The position numbers and the translations under genes were made by a program. Positions 26,091-39,465 of a stretch of 64,000 nt of DNA are shown piece by piece (positions within the stretch are counted from its first letter, which is position 1; every line of letters starts with the position of its first letter). The DNA lies in NCBI GenBank assembly GCA_035084275.1, contig CM068745.1:48484001-48548000 (forward strand), written 5' to 3'. The notes under the pieces are model-generated. The model searched no databases, was not told the DNA's origin, and saw only the letters and a program-made list of their open reading frames with translations. The stretch is from Hydrolagus colliei. Its lineage: Eukaryota.

Positions 26091-26859
26091 CCTCCTCCCG
26101 CATATCCAGATAATTACAACAGTAAAAGCTGCCTCTTCAGCAAAACGATTGTCCCTGAAAGGCCCTGAGGATTTCAGGGATGATCATTATTGTTGAGACG
26201 CCGTCAAGATAGAAGACTGCTTTCATTTCCTATCTGAGATAGATTCTCCACATACTCTTCGGTTGACTTACATGAACAATAGCATATTCACTTACCCGTA
26301 TATAAAAAGGCTCGATTATGTCAATGCCCTGTTTGTCGGCCTCCCTAATTCCTCCCTCCATAGGCTGCAGATCCTCCAGAACTCAGCAGTCCGCACCCTC
26401 TCCCCTGTTATGTTGTAACATATAGTGCTACGATTCATACATATTACATTATTGTTAAATAGCGATGACAATTAAAACTAAAGCTAATTATTGCATTGTT
26501 CTAAGAATCCGACTAACGCAGTCAGTCAATAACTAAAGACACCTACTGACTATAATCAATATATTGGTTTGGTTAAAAAACAGGATTTTTAGGAGGCATA
26601 GTTAGTTTTACTGTAATAAAGTGATCAATGAGCCAATAAAAAAATTAGCCTTTCAGTTTTTTCTCCCATTTCAAAATGCTTCAGAGGATTTTACTATAAG
26701 GTGTACTGACTATATCAGGGGGAGGTTTCAAACACTTGTTGAAAAAAAACTATATAATTTGGATGGTTGGCCAGGACAGTAAGAGATATACCCCTATGTG
26801 GCTGGAACAAACAACTTTCTGACTCTGAGGTACTACCAACCAAATCAGGCTGAAGTCAG

Positions 26860-27045
26860 AATAACAAAATTACATTTGCATAGCGCCTTTCACGTCGGAA
26901 GGACATTCCATGGTACTGGAAATCATTGCGTTGGACCCTGGGGTTAGGGATTGTGGAGAATGGAGGGCAGTGGGGGGGTAAAGAAAAATGATCTAAAGCA
27001 TGGCTGAAGAGGAGTGTCTTCAGACAGGTCTTGAAGGAGTGGGTG
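26860..27045 (-). mobile_element. L2 3' end fragment
   Basis: aacaaaattacatttgcatagcgcctttcacgtcggaaggacattcc. Confidence 0.8.
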
Positions 27046-27740
27046 AGTTTAATATACTTTCAATTTAAATAGGGAACAGATTTTGCCTTTACAGGAAAGC
27101 TAGGATCCAATGTGTCTTTTTGTTCTCCAAAGTGTTTATACAATACCTGTATACTGTACTATAATTAAAAATAGCATTGTTTTAATTTTTTTTTAAAGAA
27201 TTATGAATGATTCCTACATTGGAAAGTGTTTGCCACTATTATCTTTGGTTAACTTTATATAGTTCAAACATTACCTCACCTGGTGAGTTACTTCTTACAT
27301 TTTTAATTAACACGGTTACAAATTTGAATGATGCAGAACAGCTCCTTTAACAGCTGGTCACTCTCCGTAAACCACAGGAAACTCTATTGCTTCTTATACC
27401 AACACAGCTCCCCTGTCAAACACAAGGAAGTTAATGCCTACCTTGTTAGGCACAGGAGGCAGAAAGATCTCCTGTGGTGCAATGTATACATATGGTTGGC
27501 TTATTAAGAGATATTGATGTAACCTTGGTGATAGGAACCTTGAAATTCAGGTGGTCTTTGTATGACTTTTTTCTTGATATATTTTCAGTAGCACAAGTAT
27601 TTCCACATAAACTATTTTTCCATCAGCCGAGTATATGACACATGTGAAAAAACATCAACATTACTTAAGAATATACAAATGAGACTGAGTTCCACATTTG
27701 CACATAAAAACTTTCTGTTGTAAACAATAGTTAAAATTTT

Positions 27741-27912
27741 GCAGATGCTGGAAATCTGAAGCTAAAACAGAAGTTGCTGGTCAGCCAGCATTCATGGAGG
27801 GATGAAAGTAAGTTAATGTTTCAGGTCATAACACCACATTTTAGGTTCCGATGAAAGGTCATCGATCTAAAACTCATTTTCCTCTCCATAGATGCTGCTT
27901 GACCTGCTGAGT
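27741..27912. mobile_element. Palindromic Penelope-tail (pseudo-LTR) derivative with a decayed hammerhead core
   Basis: gcagatgctggaaatctgaa...aatgtttcaggtcat is inverted against ccgatgaaaggtcatcgatctaaaac...ccatagatgctgcttgacctgctgag; homologous to 54411-54632. Confidence 0.75.
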
Positions 27913-28494
27913 TTTTTTTTGACCCAGTGACATTTGTATTTATTTGTGAAACATTTTCCTGTCCATGGAGGGAAACAACCCACTTATTTAATTCAGGAGA
28001 GCAGAAGATACAGATGACAAGAGCCAAGGCTTGTGGCTGCACGGGGATCCTGTTAGAGTTTACTTGCTAAAAACACATAGTTTACCATTGAAAGCACTGG
28101 TCTATTATCAGCAATTCCCTGGAGTAATGAAGACCTGCTTGGCTCAAAAACTAAACTATCAAGACCACACAGCAGGTTGACTCAGTTCTGACAAGCATTT
28201 TACATAATGTTGCCAAGCATATTACATTGACAACCATATTATATAAACTACAGCACAGAATGAGTACCATTAACTCTGTCCAAACAAAATATTTTCCAAC
28301 ATCCTTTCACTACATTCAAGCTAAGAAACCACATTAAGAAAAGAAAACCTCATTATTGCTTACCTTCGAGCGTGTTCCAGAAATGGTATTTGGCTATGTT
28401 TTAAAGAAATTGCTGAATTACGTATAAAAAAACACAGATAATTTGATCTCAGTGTTGAAAAATGTGCATTTGATATCGCACCTTAACACGCATC

Positions 28495-28890
28495 ACATTG
28501 AAAGCCCTCCATGGCCTCGCCCCATTCTACCTTAACAACCTTCTAACCCCCTACCAACCTGCAAGCTCCCTCCACTCAACGGGCTCCAGCCTGCTCCATG
28601 TCCCCTGACCAACCAGCCCTACCATCGGCAGGCGAGCTTTCAACTACCCTGGCCCTAACCTTGGGAATTCCATCCCACATTCCCTCCACATCACCCCCTC
28701 CCAAGTCTCCTACAAGTCCTGCCTCAAAACCCTCCTCTTTAATGATCCCATTGGTCACCCCAAATCCTGTCTTTTTCCTCCACAATCCCCGATCCCGACC
28801 CTAGCTAAGGTCTCAAAAAGGAATCACCAGCGCCTTGGGATCTCCTCCCGACGTGTTAGGTGGAATACACATGTAATTTTGTTGTTGTTG
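28495..28890 (+). mobile_element. L2 LINE 3' fragment
   Basis: aaagccctccatggcctcgcccca...cagcgccttgggatctcctcccgacgtg...(TTG)n. Confidence 0.88.
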
Positions 28891-30074
28891 AGATGTCTCA
28901 AAATGCTTCACAGAATGCTTCCTGTAAAGTTATTTGATGGTGTATTTCATGGGCAAACAATATGCAAATATTGCTTTCAGCTTTCTAAATGCAAGATCAT
29001 TCAAGAAAAATACTGTACTTACAATTCTATACTCTAAAATTATAATCTTTAAGTACGTGAAATATTCCAGCACGGTCTCATTGGAATGAAAATAAATTAC
29101 ATCAGGTTCAACTTGATTCATTACCAGAAAAGTGCTTCATCTCCTGTAGTTGACAGGAAAAATAAGAAGAGAGTAAGCTATTGAAATGATGTATATTTTG
29201 ACATTGTAGGACCAGAGCTGTCACAGAAAAGTTGCTCAGGTGTCCAATTTAGTAATTTTAGATTCAAGGCATGTTTTTGAAATGCTTTCAGCACAACACT
29301 GATGACTACTCCTTATCCAGATAATCTCCAATCATTCATGTCTGACAGAGCAATTTCTGGCTGCATAGGGAGAAAGTTTTATCTTTTAACCTTTGCCTGT
29401 GCAGACGGCACTTGAAAATGTCCACCACATTTAAAATTTACAAAATCTTCAGCATTAAATGTACCTTTTAAGAACATAAGAACATAAGAATTAGGAGCAA
29501 GAATAGGCCTTCGGCCCCTCGAGCCTGCCCGACATTTGATAAGATCATGGCTGATCGTCTGACCTAACTCTAATTATCTGCCCCATCCCCATATCCCCTA
29601 ATCCCTCTATATTTTAAAAATCTATCCGTCTCAGCCTTGAAAATGTTCAAGGTCTGAGCATCTACAGCCTTCTGGGGTAGTGAATTCCATAAATCCACCA
29701 CCCTTTGAGTGAAGAAATGTTTCCTCAACTCTGTTCTAAAAGGCTGACCCTTAATTTTAAGATTATGACCCCTGGTTATAGATTCTCCTACCAGGGAAAC
29801 AGTCCCTCAGTGTCTACTTTATCCACCTCAAATCTTATATGTTTCAATAAGATCTCCCCTAATTCCTCTGTACTCTAGAGAATACAGACCTAGTCTATTC
29901 AACCTATCCTCATAGGTCAGTCCCATCATCCCAGGAACTAACCTAGTGAATCTACGCTGCACCCCCTCTAAGGCAAGTATGTCCTTTTTTAAATAAGGAG
30001 ACCAAAACTACACACAATGCTCTAGGTGCGGTCTCACCAGAGCCCTATACAGTTGCAGCAAGACTTCCCTACTC

Positions 30075-30182
30075 ATCGGAGGCCGGGCCTTCAGATTTTC
30101 TGCTCCGACCCTATGGAATTCCATCCCCCAATCCCTCTGTCTCATTTTTTCCCTTTCCTCTTTCAAGGCCAGTTTGAAGACT
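30075..30182 (+). mobile_element. 108-bp L2 fragment duplicating 30551-30658
   Basis: Near-identical to the neighbouring L2 segment; ACTC at both junctions. Confidence 0.9.
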
Positions 30183-30210
30183 CTTATACTCTAAACCTTT
30201 TGAAATGAAT

Positions 30211-30832
30211 CGTGCATGCGTACATGACCTCAAGGCTGGACTACGGAAACTCTCTCCTCGTCGGCCTCCCCAGTTCCTCCATTCACAGGCTGCAGGTCAG
30301 CCAAAACTCTGCAGCCAGTGTATTATCCCGCACCCGCCTCCGTGACCACATAACCCCCACCCTCGCCCGTCTCCACTGGCTCCGCATCCTCCAGAGGATC
30401 GAGTTCAAGATCCTCGTCCTCACCTTCAAGGCCTTACATGGCCTTGCCCCGCCTTATTTAACCAATTTACTCTCCCCCTATAAGCCCACCCGGACCCTCC
30501 ATTCAGCAGGACTTGGCCTGCTCCAAGCCCCCCGCCCGAACCGCCCCACCATCGGAGGCCGGGCCTTCAGATTTTCTGCTCCGACCCTATGGAATTCCAT
30601 CCCCCAATCCCTCCGTCTCGTTTCTTCCCTTTCCTCTTTCAAGGCCGGTTTGAAGACTTTCCTCTTCGACCGTGCCTTTTGTCTCACCCCGAATTCTTCG
30701 ACCTCCCCTACTTGTTTCACCCCTTCCCGTACACTCCCCTCCCAGCTCGGGTCACACGCCTCCTGTGCAGCGCCTTGGGATGTCCTCCCGACGTGAAAGG
30801 TGCTTTATAAGTGTAATTTGTTGTTGTTGTTG
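30211..30832 (+). mobile_element. Young 5'-truncated L2 LINE nested in CR1
   Basis: Open frame HAYMTSRLDYGNSLLVGLP...LHWLRILQRIEFK...APTLWNSIP...FKAGLKTFLF; (TTG)n tail; TGAAT on both sides; very similar to 42325-42943. Confidence 0.95.
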
Positions 30833-32907
30833 AATGCTAGCATGCCGTTCGCCTTCTTAGTTGTTTGCTGCACCTGCAAGCTAACTTTTTGGGACTGGTG
30901 TACAAGAACACCCTTTGAATACTAACACTATCTAACTTCTCCCCCTCTAGAAAATAATCTATTATTTTATTATTGCTACCTAGGTGAATAATTTCACACT
31001 TGCTAACATTGAATTCCATCTGTCACCTACTTGCCCCCTCCCTAGCCTATCTATATCTTGTTGCAATCCTTTTGCATCATCCTCAGAGCTCACTCTGCTA
31101 CCTAGTTTAGTGTCATCTGTGAATTTAGACACATTACATTCAATGTTCTCATCTAGATCATTGATGTAAATAGTAAATAGCTGAGGCCCAAGTACCGATC
31201 CTTGTGGCACTCCACTAGTTACATCCTGCCAATTTGAGACTGATCTGTTTATCGCTACTACCCGATACTATCTGCTTTCTACCTGATAGCTACTCTTCTA
31301 TCCATGTTAATATTTTCCCATTAATCCTGTGGGCCTTAATCTTGAGTAACAGCCTTTTGTGTTGCACCTTGTCAAATTCCTTCCTAAAATCCAAATATAC
31401 CACATCTGCTGCTTCCCCTTATCCAACCTGCTGGATACATCCTCAAAAAATTCTAAAAGATTAGTCAAGCATGACTTCCCTTTTGTAAAACCATGTTGAC
31501 TCTGCCTAATCATTTTATGGTCTTCAAGGTATCCCATAACTTCGTCTTTTATTAAGGACTCAAGAATTTTCCCTACAACTGACGTCAGACTAACTGGTGT
31601 ATAGTTTCCCATATTTTCTCTCCCACCCTTCTTAAATAGTGGAGTTCGCAATCATCCAATCAATGGGGACTTTTCCAGTATCTACAGAATTTTGTATGGA
31701 AATTCTAGATATTTGTTGGAATGGAATGTATACACTTTTCCTGAAGGGAAGCATTCTGCTTACCTAAATCCGAAAGTACTATGCATATTAGGCTGACATT
31801 ATATCAAATATCAGCATGGCTTAGGCTGCAGAACTCCAATTTCTGAACCTACCGTCAGGATTTGAAAGATCATATTTGAAAAGACAAGGCAGTATCTCCT
31901 GGTGTCATTATGACATGAAAGGCACTTTACCAAAAGCAATTCTTATTCTTATTGAACATGCTAACAAATGTTTCCTCTGTGAAAGGTACTATTCCACGGC
32001 AGGTTGTTGTGGTGGTAAGCTCTTCACAGCATTACTTTTCTATTGCTTTTGTTTGGTTCATAAATTGGACAACTACAATATGTTATGGATTGCATTTTGG
32101 ATATAATTACTTTCCTCAAACTATTTGTGATGTATGTGATACCAGTGTGATATTACAGCCATTACAAGTGCAAGAACCTGATTAAACTGATAAGTAATTG
32201 ATCAATAAATATTTTAGGGCAAATTTGTGATTTTCCTTCCAACTGCCCATTTCACCATTGTTTTGTTTCAAAATATCATTGAAATAAATGCATTACAAAA
32301 GGGATGGTGAAGCTTTGATTCTACGATAGTGCAAACTCCTGCCCCGAAGATATAACATATCTTTAGATTTGAATAGGGAAACATAAGGATTTAATAAAAA
32401 TAAAGGCAAGAATAATTAAAATACTGTAATACAAATAATAATGGTTGAGGTGCTTGTTGGTGTGAGAGGAATTAGTTTGCCAATTTGGCAAAATATGTTG
32501 CTAGGAAACACTATGAACTATAGTAACACCATGTTTTGCTTCCTTGTTAATCACAATTGGACTGAATTTAATCATGAATATCTATTGTTAGAGTCTATAT
32601 GTTAAAATAGTGTCTTTATATTGGGCATTTGTGTGCAAAGCTAATCCACAAGGAGGGGATGAAGCTGTTCTCTTTTTGACAGCTAATGAGGGTATTTTGT
32701 GAATTATAAGAATGCAATTTCAGATCCATAAAAAAATAACAAATTATATTTGTGTTGCATCTTCCACATCAGAAGGATATCCCAAGGCACTGGACAGTCG
32801 GGAATCCAATCCCCATCATTAAAAGTTTATTTTTTGGCCTAGATGAGCGTTTATTTGCTACTAGGCAGATTGCCGCAGGAAGATTAAGCAGCAATGTCCT
32901 AATGTAT

Positions 32908-33230
32908 GATAATAATAATCCATGCATTTGATATAGAGCCTGATCACATCTTTGAGATGTCACATCTTTGAATTGACTATACATATTTTTTAGGGTGAAA
33001 TATGGCAGCCAAGTGCGCATAGCAGTGTCCCACAAACAGTTGTGGATTGAAGTGACCAACTTATTTTAATTTTTTTTTAAAGAACTATCAACTTCGGAAA
33101 AGTGATCTGCCAATGAACTAACAACCAGGTTCCTATTTACTGCTTGGTAAACAGAGGGATGTGGAGTAAGGAAACTGGCCCAATATTTCACCCGCTTGTG
33201 AGGTGAGTGCTCTAACCAGAGTCACAAGAC
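32908..33230 (-). mobile_element. tRNA/CORE/Deu SINE (long variant)
   Basis: (TAA)n tail, ggcagccaagtgcgcatagcagtgtcccacaaacag, aaccaggttcctatttactgcttggtaaacagagg, tgtggagtaaggaaact. Confidence 0.88.
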
Positions 33231-33519
33231 TCAGAATCATAGAAACATAGAATTTTACAGCACAAAAGGAGGCTATTCAGCTCATCTAGTTTGTGCCAGC
33301 TCTTTGAAAAAAGCAACTGAATCCCACTGCCCAGCTCTCTCACCATAACCTAACAGATCTATTCTCCCTAAATAAAGACCTATTTCTCTTTTAAAAGCTG
33401 TTATTGAATCTATCCTACAGGATTCTACAGGATCCTGTTTCCCACTCATATAGTAGTGATCTCCATTCACAACATCTCAGAAACTATGAGATGAGCACCC
33501 AATTTATTTGAATTTGTTG

Positions 33520-34445
33520 ATAAATGTGAAGATCTTGTGAAGTCGATGGAATTAAAGGCAATATAATAGTGTGGATGGAAGAGAACAGAGAAACGGCAAG
33601 AAAACAGAGAATAGGGATAAACTGGTCCTTCTCAGATTGGTAGGATGTGACGAGTGGAGTGCCACAAGGTTCAGTGCTTGGGCCTCAACTATTTACAATC
33701 TATACAAATGATCTAGATGAGGACATCGAACTTAAAATTTGCGGATGATACTAAATTAGTAGGGAGAGTAAACGTCAAAGATGACACAAAAAAATGCAAC
33801 GGGATATAGACGGGCTAGACGAATGGGCAAGAAGGTGGCCAATGAAATATAATGTGGGGAAGTGTGAAGTTATTCACCTGGGTAGTAAAAACAGAAAAGC
33901 AGATTATTTTCTAGAAGGGGAGAGATTAGACAGTGTTAGTGTTCAGAGGGACTTGGGTGTCCTTGTGCATCAGTCACAAAAAGTTAGTTTACAGGTAAAG
34001 AAAGCAACTAGGAAGGCTAACAGTATGTTGGCATTCATTATAAAAGGGTTAGAATATAAGAGTAGGGAAGTCTTGCTGCAACTGTATAGGGCCCTGGTGA
34101 GACCGCACCTTGAGTATTGTATGCAGTTTTAGTTTCCATATTTAAGAAATACATACTTAGATTCAGTAGGTTGGTTCAGCATAGACAAATTAGGTAGGTT
34201 CCTGGGATAAGGGGGTTGAGCTAAGGAGATAGGTTGAGTAATCCAGGCCTATATTCTCTAGAATATAGAATAATTAGAGGTAACCTTATAGAAACCTATA
34301 CAATTATTAAGGGGCATGACAGAGTAGACAGTGGGAGACTGTTTCCCCTGGTTGGAGAAATTATATTTAGGGGTCGTAGTTTTAAGATTAGAGGTCAACC
34401 TTTTCGTACTGAGTTGAGGAAAACTTCTTCACTTCTTTCCAAGTG
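33520..34445 (+). mobile_element. CR1 LINE fragment (RT C-terminal half)
   Basis: [37 protein letters not shown]; stops and frameshifts. Confidence 0.95.
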
Positions 34446-34725
34446 AATGTTTGGGATTTTTGAGGCAAAGAAGTCTAGGTCCTTTTTGAATTTGCTGTCA
34501 GAAATAAGGATAGAGGGAGTTCAAGAGGTCCACAGAGGAAAACATTCCACGTTTGATGTAAATCTGAACAGTGGGTTGGTTTTATTTGATTACTTGAATA
34601 ACAAAGCACAAAAAGCAGTGCAGAAAAGACTAATTTTAAGACTCACACAAAAATGTAAAATGTTTACACAAATATAATCAAAGTTATTTCCAATCCCTGC
34701 CGATTATGTACATTCCTGCACTCGA

Positions 34726-35238
34726 TGAGATTATATTTCAATGGTGATCTCTCTTCATCAACAACAATGATAACAACAAAATTACATTTGTAGAGAGCCT
34801 TTGATGTCGGGAGGATGTCACAAGATGTTGAAGTGTTCATTCATCACTTCAATGTTGTTTACAGAGTGTAAATATTTGTTTCAAATAACAGGTTACGTGA
34901 CATTCTGCTCATTCCTATGGATTCCTGTAGCTCAGTGATTAGTGCATTTGTCTCCTACGCAAGAGGCTTGGATTCAATTACTGGCAGGGAGAAATGTGGG
35001 TGAAGTTTGTATACATTCCCCACACACAGTGAGATTATATTTCAATGGTATTCCCTCTTCATCACCTCAATGTTGTTTACAGTGTGTAAAGACTTGTTTC
35101 AAATGACAGGTTACTCCAATTCAGTACATTCCTGTCAAGTTCTGTAGCTCAGTGGTTAGTACATTCACCTCGCAAGCGAGAGACTTGGATTTGATTCCTT
35201 GCAGGGAGAAATGATAGTCAAGTTTCCATACTCCACAT
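34726..35238 (+). repeat. Diverged tandem duplication of unique flank plus SINE head
   Basis: Unit 1 at 34726-35029 (with an L2-tail insert) and unit 2 at 35030-35238; both begin tgagattatatttcaatggt. Confidence 0.88.
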
Positions 35239-35503
35239 GACTCTTTACCTTGCAGTAAGCAGGAAACTGGTTGTTAGTTGATTGGTGGATTGCTTATCCA
35301 GGGGTAATAATTCCCTTAAAAAACAGAATAAATTGGTAACTTCAATCCATGACTGTTTGTCATGACTGCTGTGCACAGTTAGCTGCTGCGTTTCACCCAC
35401 ATATACACAATCAATTCACTTTGCAGTATATTCTATGAAACGCATTGAGACGACTAGAAGACATGAAAAGCTCTATATCAAATGCAAAGATTATTATTAT
35501 TAT
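35135..35503 (+). mobile_element. Full-length tRNA/CORE/Deu SINE (long variant)
   Basis: Box A/B head, ctctttaccttgcagtaagcaggaaactggttgttagtt segment, Deu block, (TTA)n tail. Confidence 0.9.
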
Positions 35504-38184
35504 TTTTGTCTGTCCAGCGCCTTGGGACATCCCTGCGACATGTAATGTGCCATACAAATGTAATTTTGTTGCTGTTGTCATAATGAATTAGTATCATAGT
35601 CTTCCAAACAAATCCCAATGTTAAATATTAACATCAGCTTAGTTTATTTTAGAGTAATTGATGGTTAGAATAATTGATGGTTTTCTTGTCAATGGACTAC
35701 AAGTCCAGCACCTTGGGATGTCCTCCTGATGTAAAAGGTGCTATCCAAGTGTATTTTTTGTTGCTGTTGTCATTGATTTTGTTGTAAAGCATAACTTTCA
35801 TTTTGCAGTATCAATAAAAGTACCAATTTTAGACTTGCAAGAGGATTTTAAGCCTATTTCAAATCCCCTGGAGGATTTGAGGAGTCACGTTCTTCCACTG
35901 TTAAGCACTCTTAGACGCTACCCAGCATGGAGGGGGCTATATATGTGCATGTTGTTCTTGTTGCAGTCTCCTATATATATCTATTCCCATCTCCCACCTT
36001 TCATCTTAAATACATTGGTGCATTTTATTCAACTGCAGTTCCATATTCTTACTACCCTCAGAGAAAAGAAGTGCCTTCAAAACTTCCTTTCTATCCACCA
36101 CTTGCTTTTCTTTAATTTACCTCTCATGCCCTTGCTTTGGACATGGCCACAAATGGAAACTGTCAAATAATGTCCACCTCATCAAATCCTTTCATGATCT
36201 AAAATATTTCTCAGGTCCCCTCTCAATCATCTCGCTGACTTTCATGCAGAACATCACTTCTGACTTTTTGCCAGTCTGCGAAGCTGCTCTTTACTCCTAT
36301 CTCTGTTCTCTATTTTCCAGCTATCCCTGAGTTAATTTCATTACCTCTCCCATGACTCCACATCTTCTGATTTTAACCACGCATCTATTATGTTACAGTT
36401 TATCAAAAGCCTTTTTTTTTGGTCAACTGAGTATCTGACTCACAAAGAAACTCACCCCCAAGCTTAATAATATTCAAACCAATCTGAGTTTTCCATGTAC
36501 GCCACCCACATGGGGAAATTTATGTGTTGGCAATGGAATGCATACTCTCTCCCCAGAGGGATGTGCCCTGTTTACTTAACCAGTTAAAACAATATACCTT
36601 GACATTGAAGCATTGTCTGGCAAGTCTCTCACTGCTTGTCCAAGTAGGATCACCTTACTTGTTAGAGCTTTGGCTCCCAACGTGAAAGGCGCTCTATCAA
36701 TGTAATTTTATTGTTGTTGCAGGGTAAACAGGAATTGAATGGGAATATTTCCTGTCACTGTTCTGCTCTCCCAAATCTTACTGTTGAGCCAGGCTGTTTG
36801 GTCTATCATTAGCAGTACCTTAGATTACTGCAGATACATGTAGTTTAGTAACTGGACAACCTAGATTGCCACAGAGGATTTGCTTAATTCTGACATACCA
36901 TTGCTAAGTATGTCATCCTGGAGCAATTTCATTTTGAAGGAAATTCCATTTACCTTTCCACAAAGGAGGATAATCTTCTTCCATCTTCTTTGCTTCTTAC
37001 TTCTTCAAAAAATCAATAAGATTGGTCAAGTTTAACTTTCTTTTCATAATATATCATTTTAATTTTTAACTTAATTTTATCTTTGATGTACACTCCAATA
37101 CCTTCTTTATCACAAACATTAAACTAACTGGCTTTTAATTTCCTGCATTACCGCAATCTTCTATTTTAAAATAGGAATAACATTTGTCACCTTCCAGTTG
37201 ACTGGTACTCTAATATATATAATATATAAATATGTTATGTATATAATGTATACTGGTGCCTCAGCTATCTTCTCCATTGTTTCTTTATCAATCCTTGCAT
37301 GCAGTTTATCTGATTTAGTTAGTAGCTCCTTTCTCCGTATTAAAATTGCTGTGATTTATTCCCTGCAACATACATTATTCATAAATTTGCTTTGTCAGTC
37401 TCTTTTATGAAAACTAAGACAAAATATTAATTTTGTATCCCAGCCATTTGTTTTATCTCCTGTGATCTTACCTTATTTACCCTTTAGTGGGCCTATCCGT
37501 ATTCTCGTTTTTCTTTTTTACTATAATAATATTTTGATTTGATGTAACACCTTTCTTGTCGAGAGGACATCTCAAAGCACTTCACAGGACTAATATGTGT
37601 ATCAAACACTCATATATGCCTTTCTTTAAGCACACCAAGACTCTACCCTAGGTGAAGGGCACTATATAAATTTAAGTTCTTGTTTTTATGTTTCTTCATA
37701 TTTTCTCTTCACAATTTCTCTTTATCAGAGTAATTGATATTTATCTTTTCTAGACTTATTGTATTCACTTATGTTTTCTTCTCCTATAACCAATTTTCAG
37801 TTTTATCCTTGTCACCTTATTCATCTATTACTAAATACTATTTCTTTATTTCTCAATTGACTATATTTTTCCTTTATGTTTTCTACATACATATATTTTT
37901 ATATTTAACAGGAGGTAACATCGAAGCAAATTGGAAACCATTTACCTTACATGTGAACAATTTGCCCTCAAAATACAAACAGATACTACACTTTACAGTA
38001 TATCTGCTTAGGTTCATCATCATGATTTGAAAGTTGCTGCACTAAAAGTAGGGATTATTATTTAACATAAAAAGGACATGTTGAATTTTATTTAAACTAT
38101 TGTACCACACTTCTTTAACATGTTCACGTGTACTTCAATTTGTTTAGCTGCCTCATTTTGCAAGCTTGCAAGCTGGGGAGACCA

Positions 38185-38468
38185 AGCTGGAGAGACCTGT
38201 GTTCAAATCCAGGCAGATCAGGGCAAAACCTTGGGCAAGTTTCCTTACTCCACATGCCTAATAATAATCCCTCCCCCAAAAAAAACACAATAATAAAATT
38301 GTTCATTTCAATCCATGACTGTTTGTGGGACACTGCTGTGCGCGATTGGCTGCCGTGATTAGCCCACAAATCAATTCACTTTACAGTATATTCTGTGAAG
38401 CGCTTTGGGATGACGATAAAATGTGAAACGTGCTATATTAAATGCAAGGATTATTATTATTATTATTT
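38185..38468 (+). mobile_element. tRNA/CORE/Deu SINE (short variant)
   Basis: aaaccttgggcaagtttccttactccacatgcct, gggacactgctgtgcgcgattggctgccg, (TTA)n. Confidence 0.92.
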
Positions 38469-39109
38469 TTCTGGCAATCGTCATACTGGTTACTTGATCA
38501 ATCAGCTCATTCATGGCAGTTTGTGAAACCTTTGTTGTGATGGTTGTCTGTTTGCCTTAGCAATTAAAATGTCTATCCACTTGACAGTCATTTCTGTAAA
38601 GCAGTTTGAAACATTGATTTGATAAGGTACAACAAAAAAACCTATTTTGCACAAAATTATACAACATATTAATTTTGGGGTAAAATTTCTTGAAAAGTTG
38701 GCTTCACAAATTAAAAAAATACTGGGTAATGCTGAACTGATACTGCTTGGAATGAAACACATTTTCTCCTGCCAGTCCAGTAATGTGGAGCAGGGAATCT
38801 AATTGATTTTTAAAAATCCTCAATGGGTTGTGGAGACACTCATGAAATTGTCTCTCTAATAATATTTTGAAAAAGGATGTATTAGGGTTCCTGGTGCTTT
38901 AATTAGCCCCAGGGGAATTGAGCTGAGTGAAAATCACAATGCGTATATTTATCTTTCAGTTTCAACAAATCACGTATTTCCTAAAGCATCTCCTTCAGGT
39001 GATGTTTGGAGCAGACGTCAGCACAAATTACCACTACAATTGTGAGAATTCGCCACAAAACATGCAGTATGAAGCCAGCACAAGAGAAGCCTACTCACAC
39101 TAACCTGAA

Positions 39110-39465
39110 CGGTGTCCTGTAGCTCAGTGATTAGAGGACTCGCCTTGCAAGTGAAAGTTTGAATCCCAGTAGGGCAAAACATTTGGCAATTTTCCTTACT
39201 CCACACTTCTCTGTTTACCAAGCAGTGAGTGAGAACCCAGTTGTTAATTGATTGTGGATCACTTTTTTGGGGGTAATAATTCCTTTTAAAAAATTGGTCA
39301 ATCAATCCGTGACTGTTTGTGGGACACTACTGTGTGCAATTGTCAGCCATGTTGTGCCCACAAAATATAGTCAATTCACTTTACAGTATATTCTGTGAAG
39401 CGTTTGGAGACATCTTGAAGACATGATAAGATGATACTGTATATCAAATGTAAGAATTGTTATTA
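39110..39465 (+). mobile_element. Full-length tRNA/CORE/Deu SINE (long variant)
   Basis: gtcctgtagctcagtgattagaggactcgccttgcaag head; ctctgtttaccaagcagtgagtgagaacccagttgttaa; tail. Confidence 0.9.

Larger units (their letters stand above)
29469..31700 (-). mobile_element. 5'-truncated CR1 LINE (RT domain pseudogene) interrupted by L2 inserts
   Basis: (AAGAACAT)n tail at 29469; minus-strand [63 protein letters not shown]. Confidence 0.95.
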
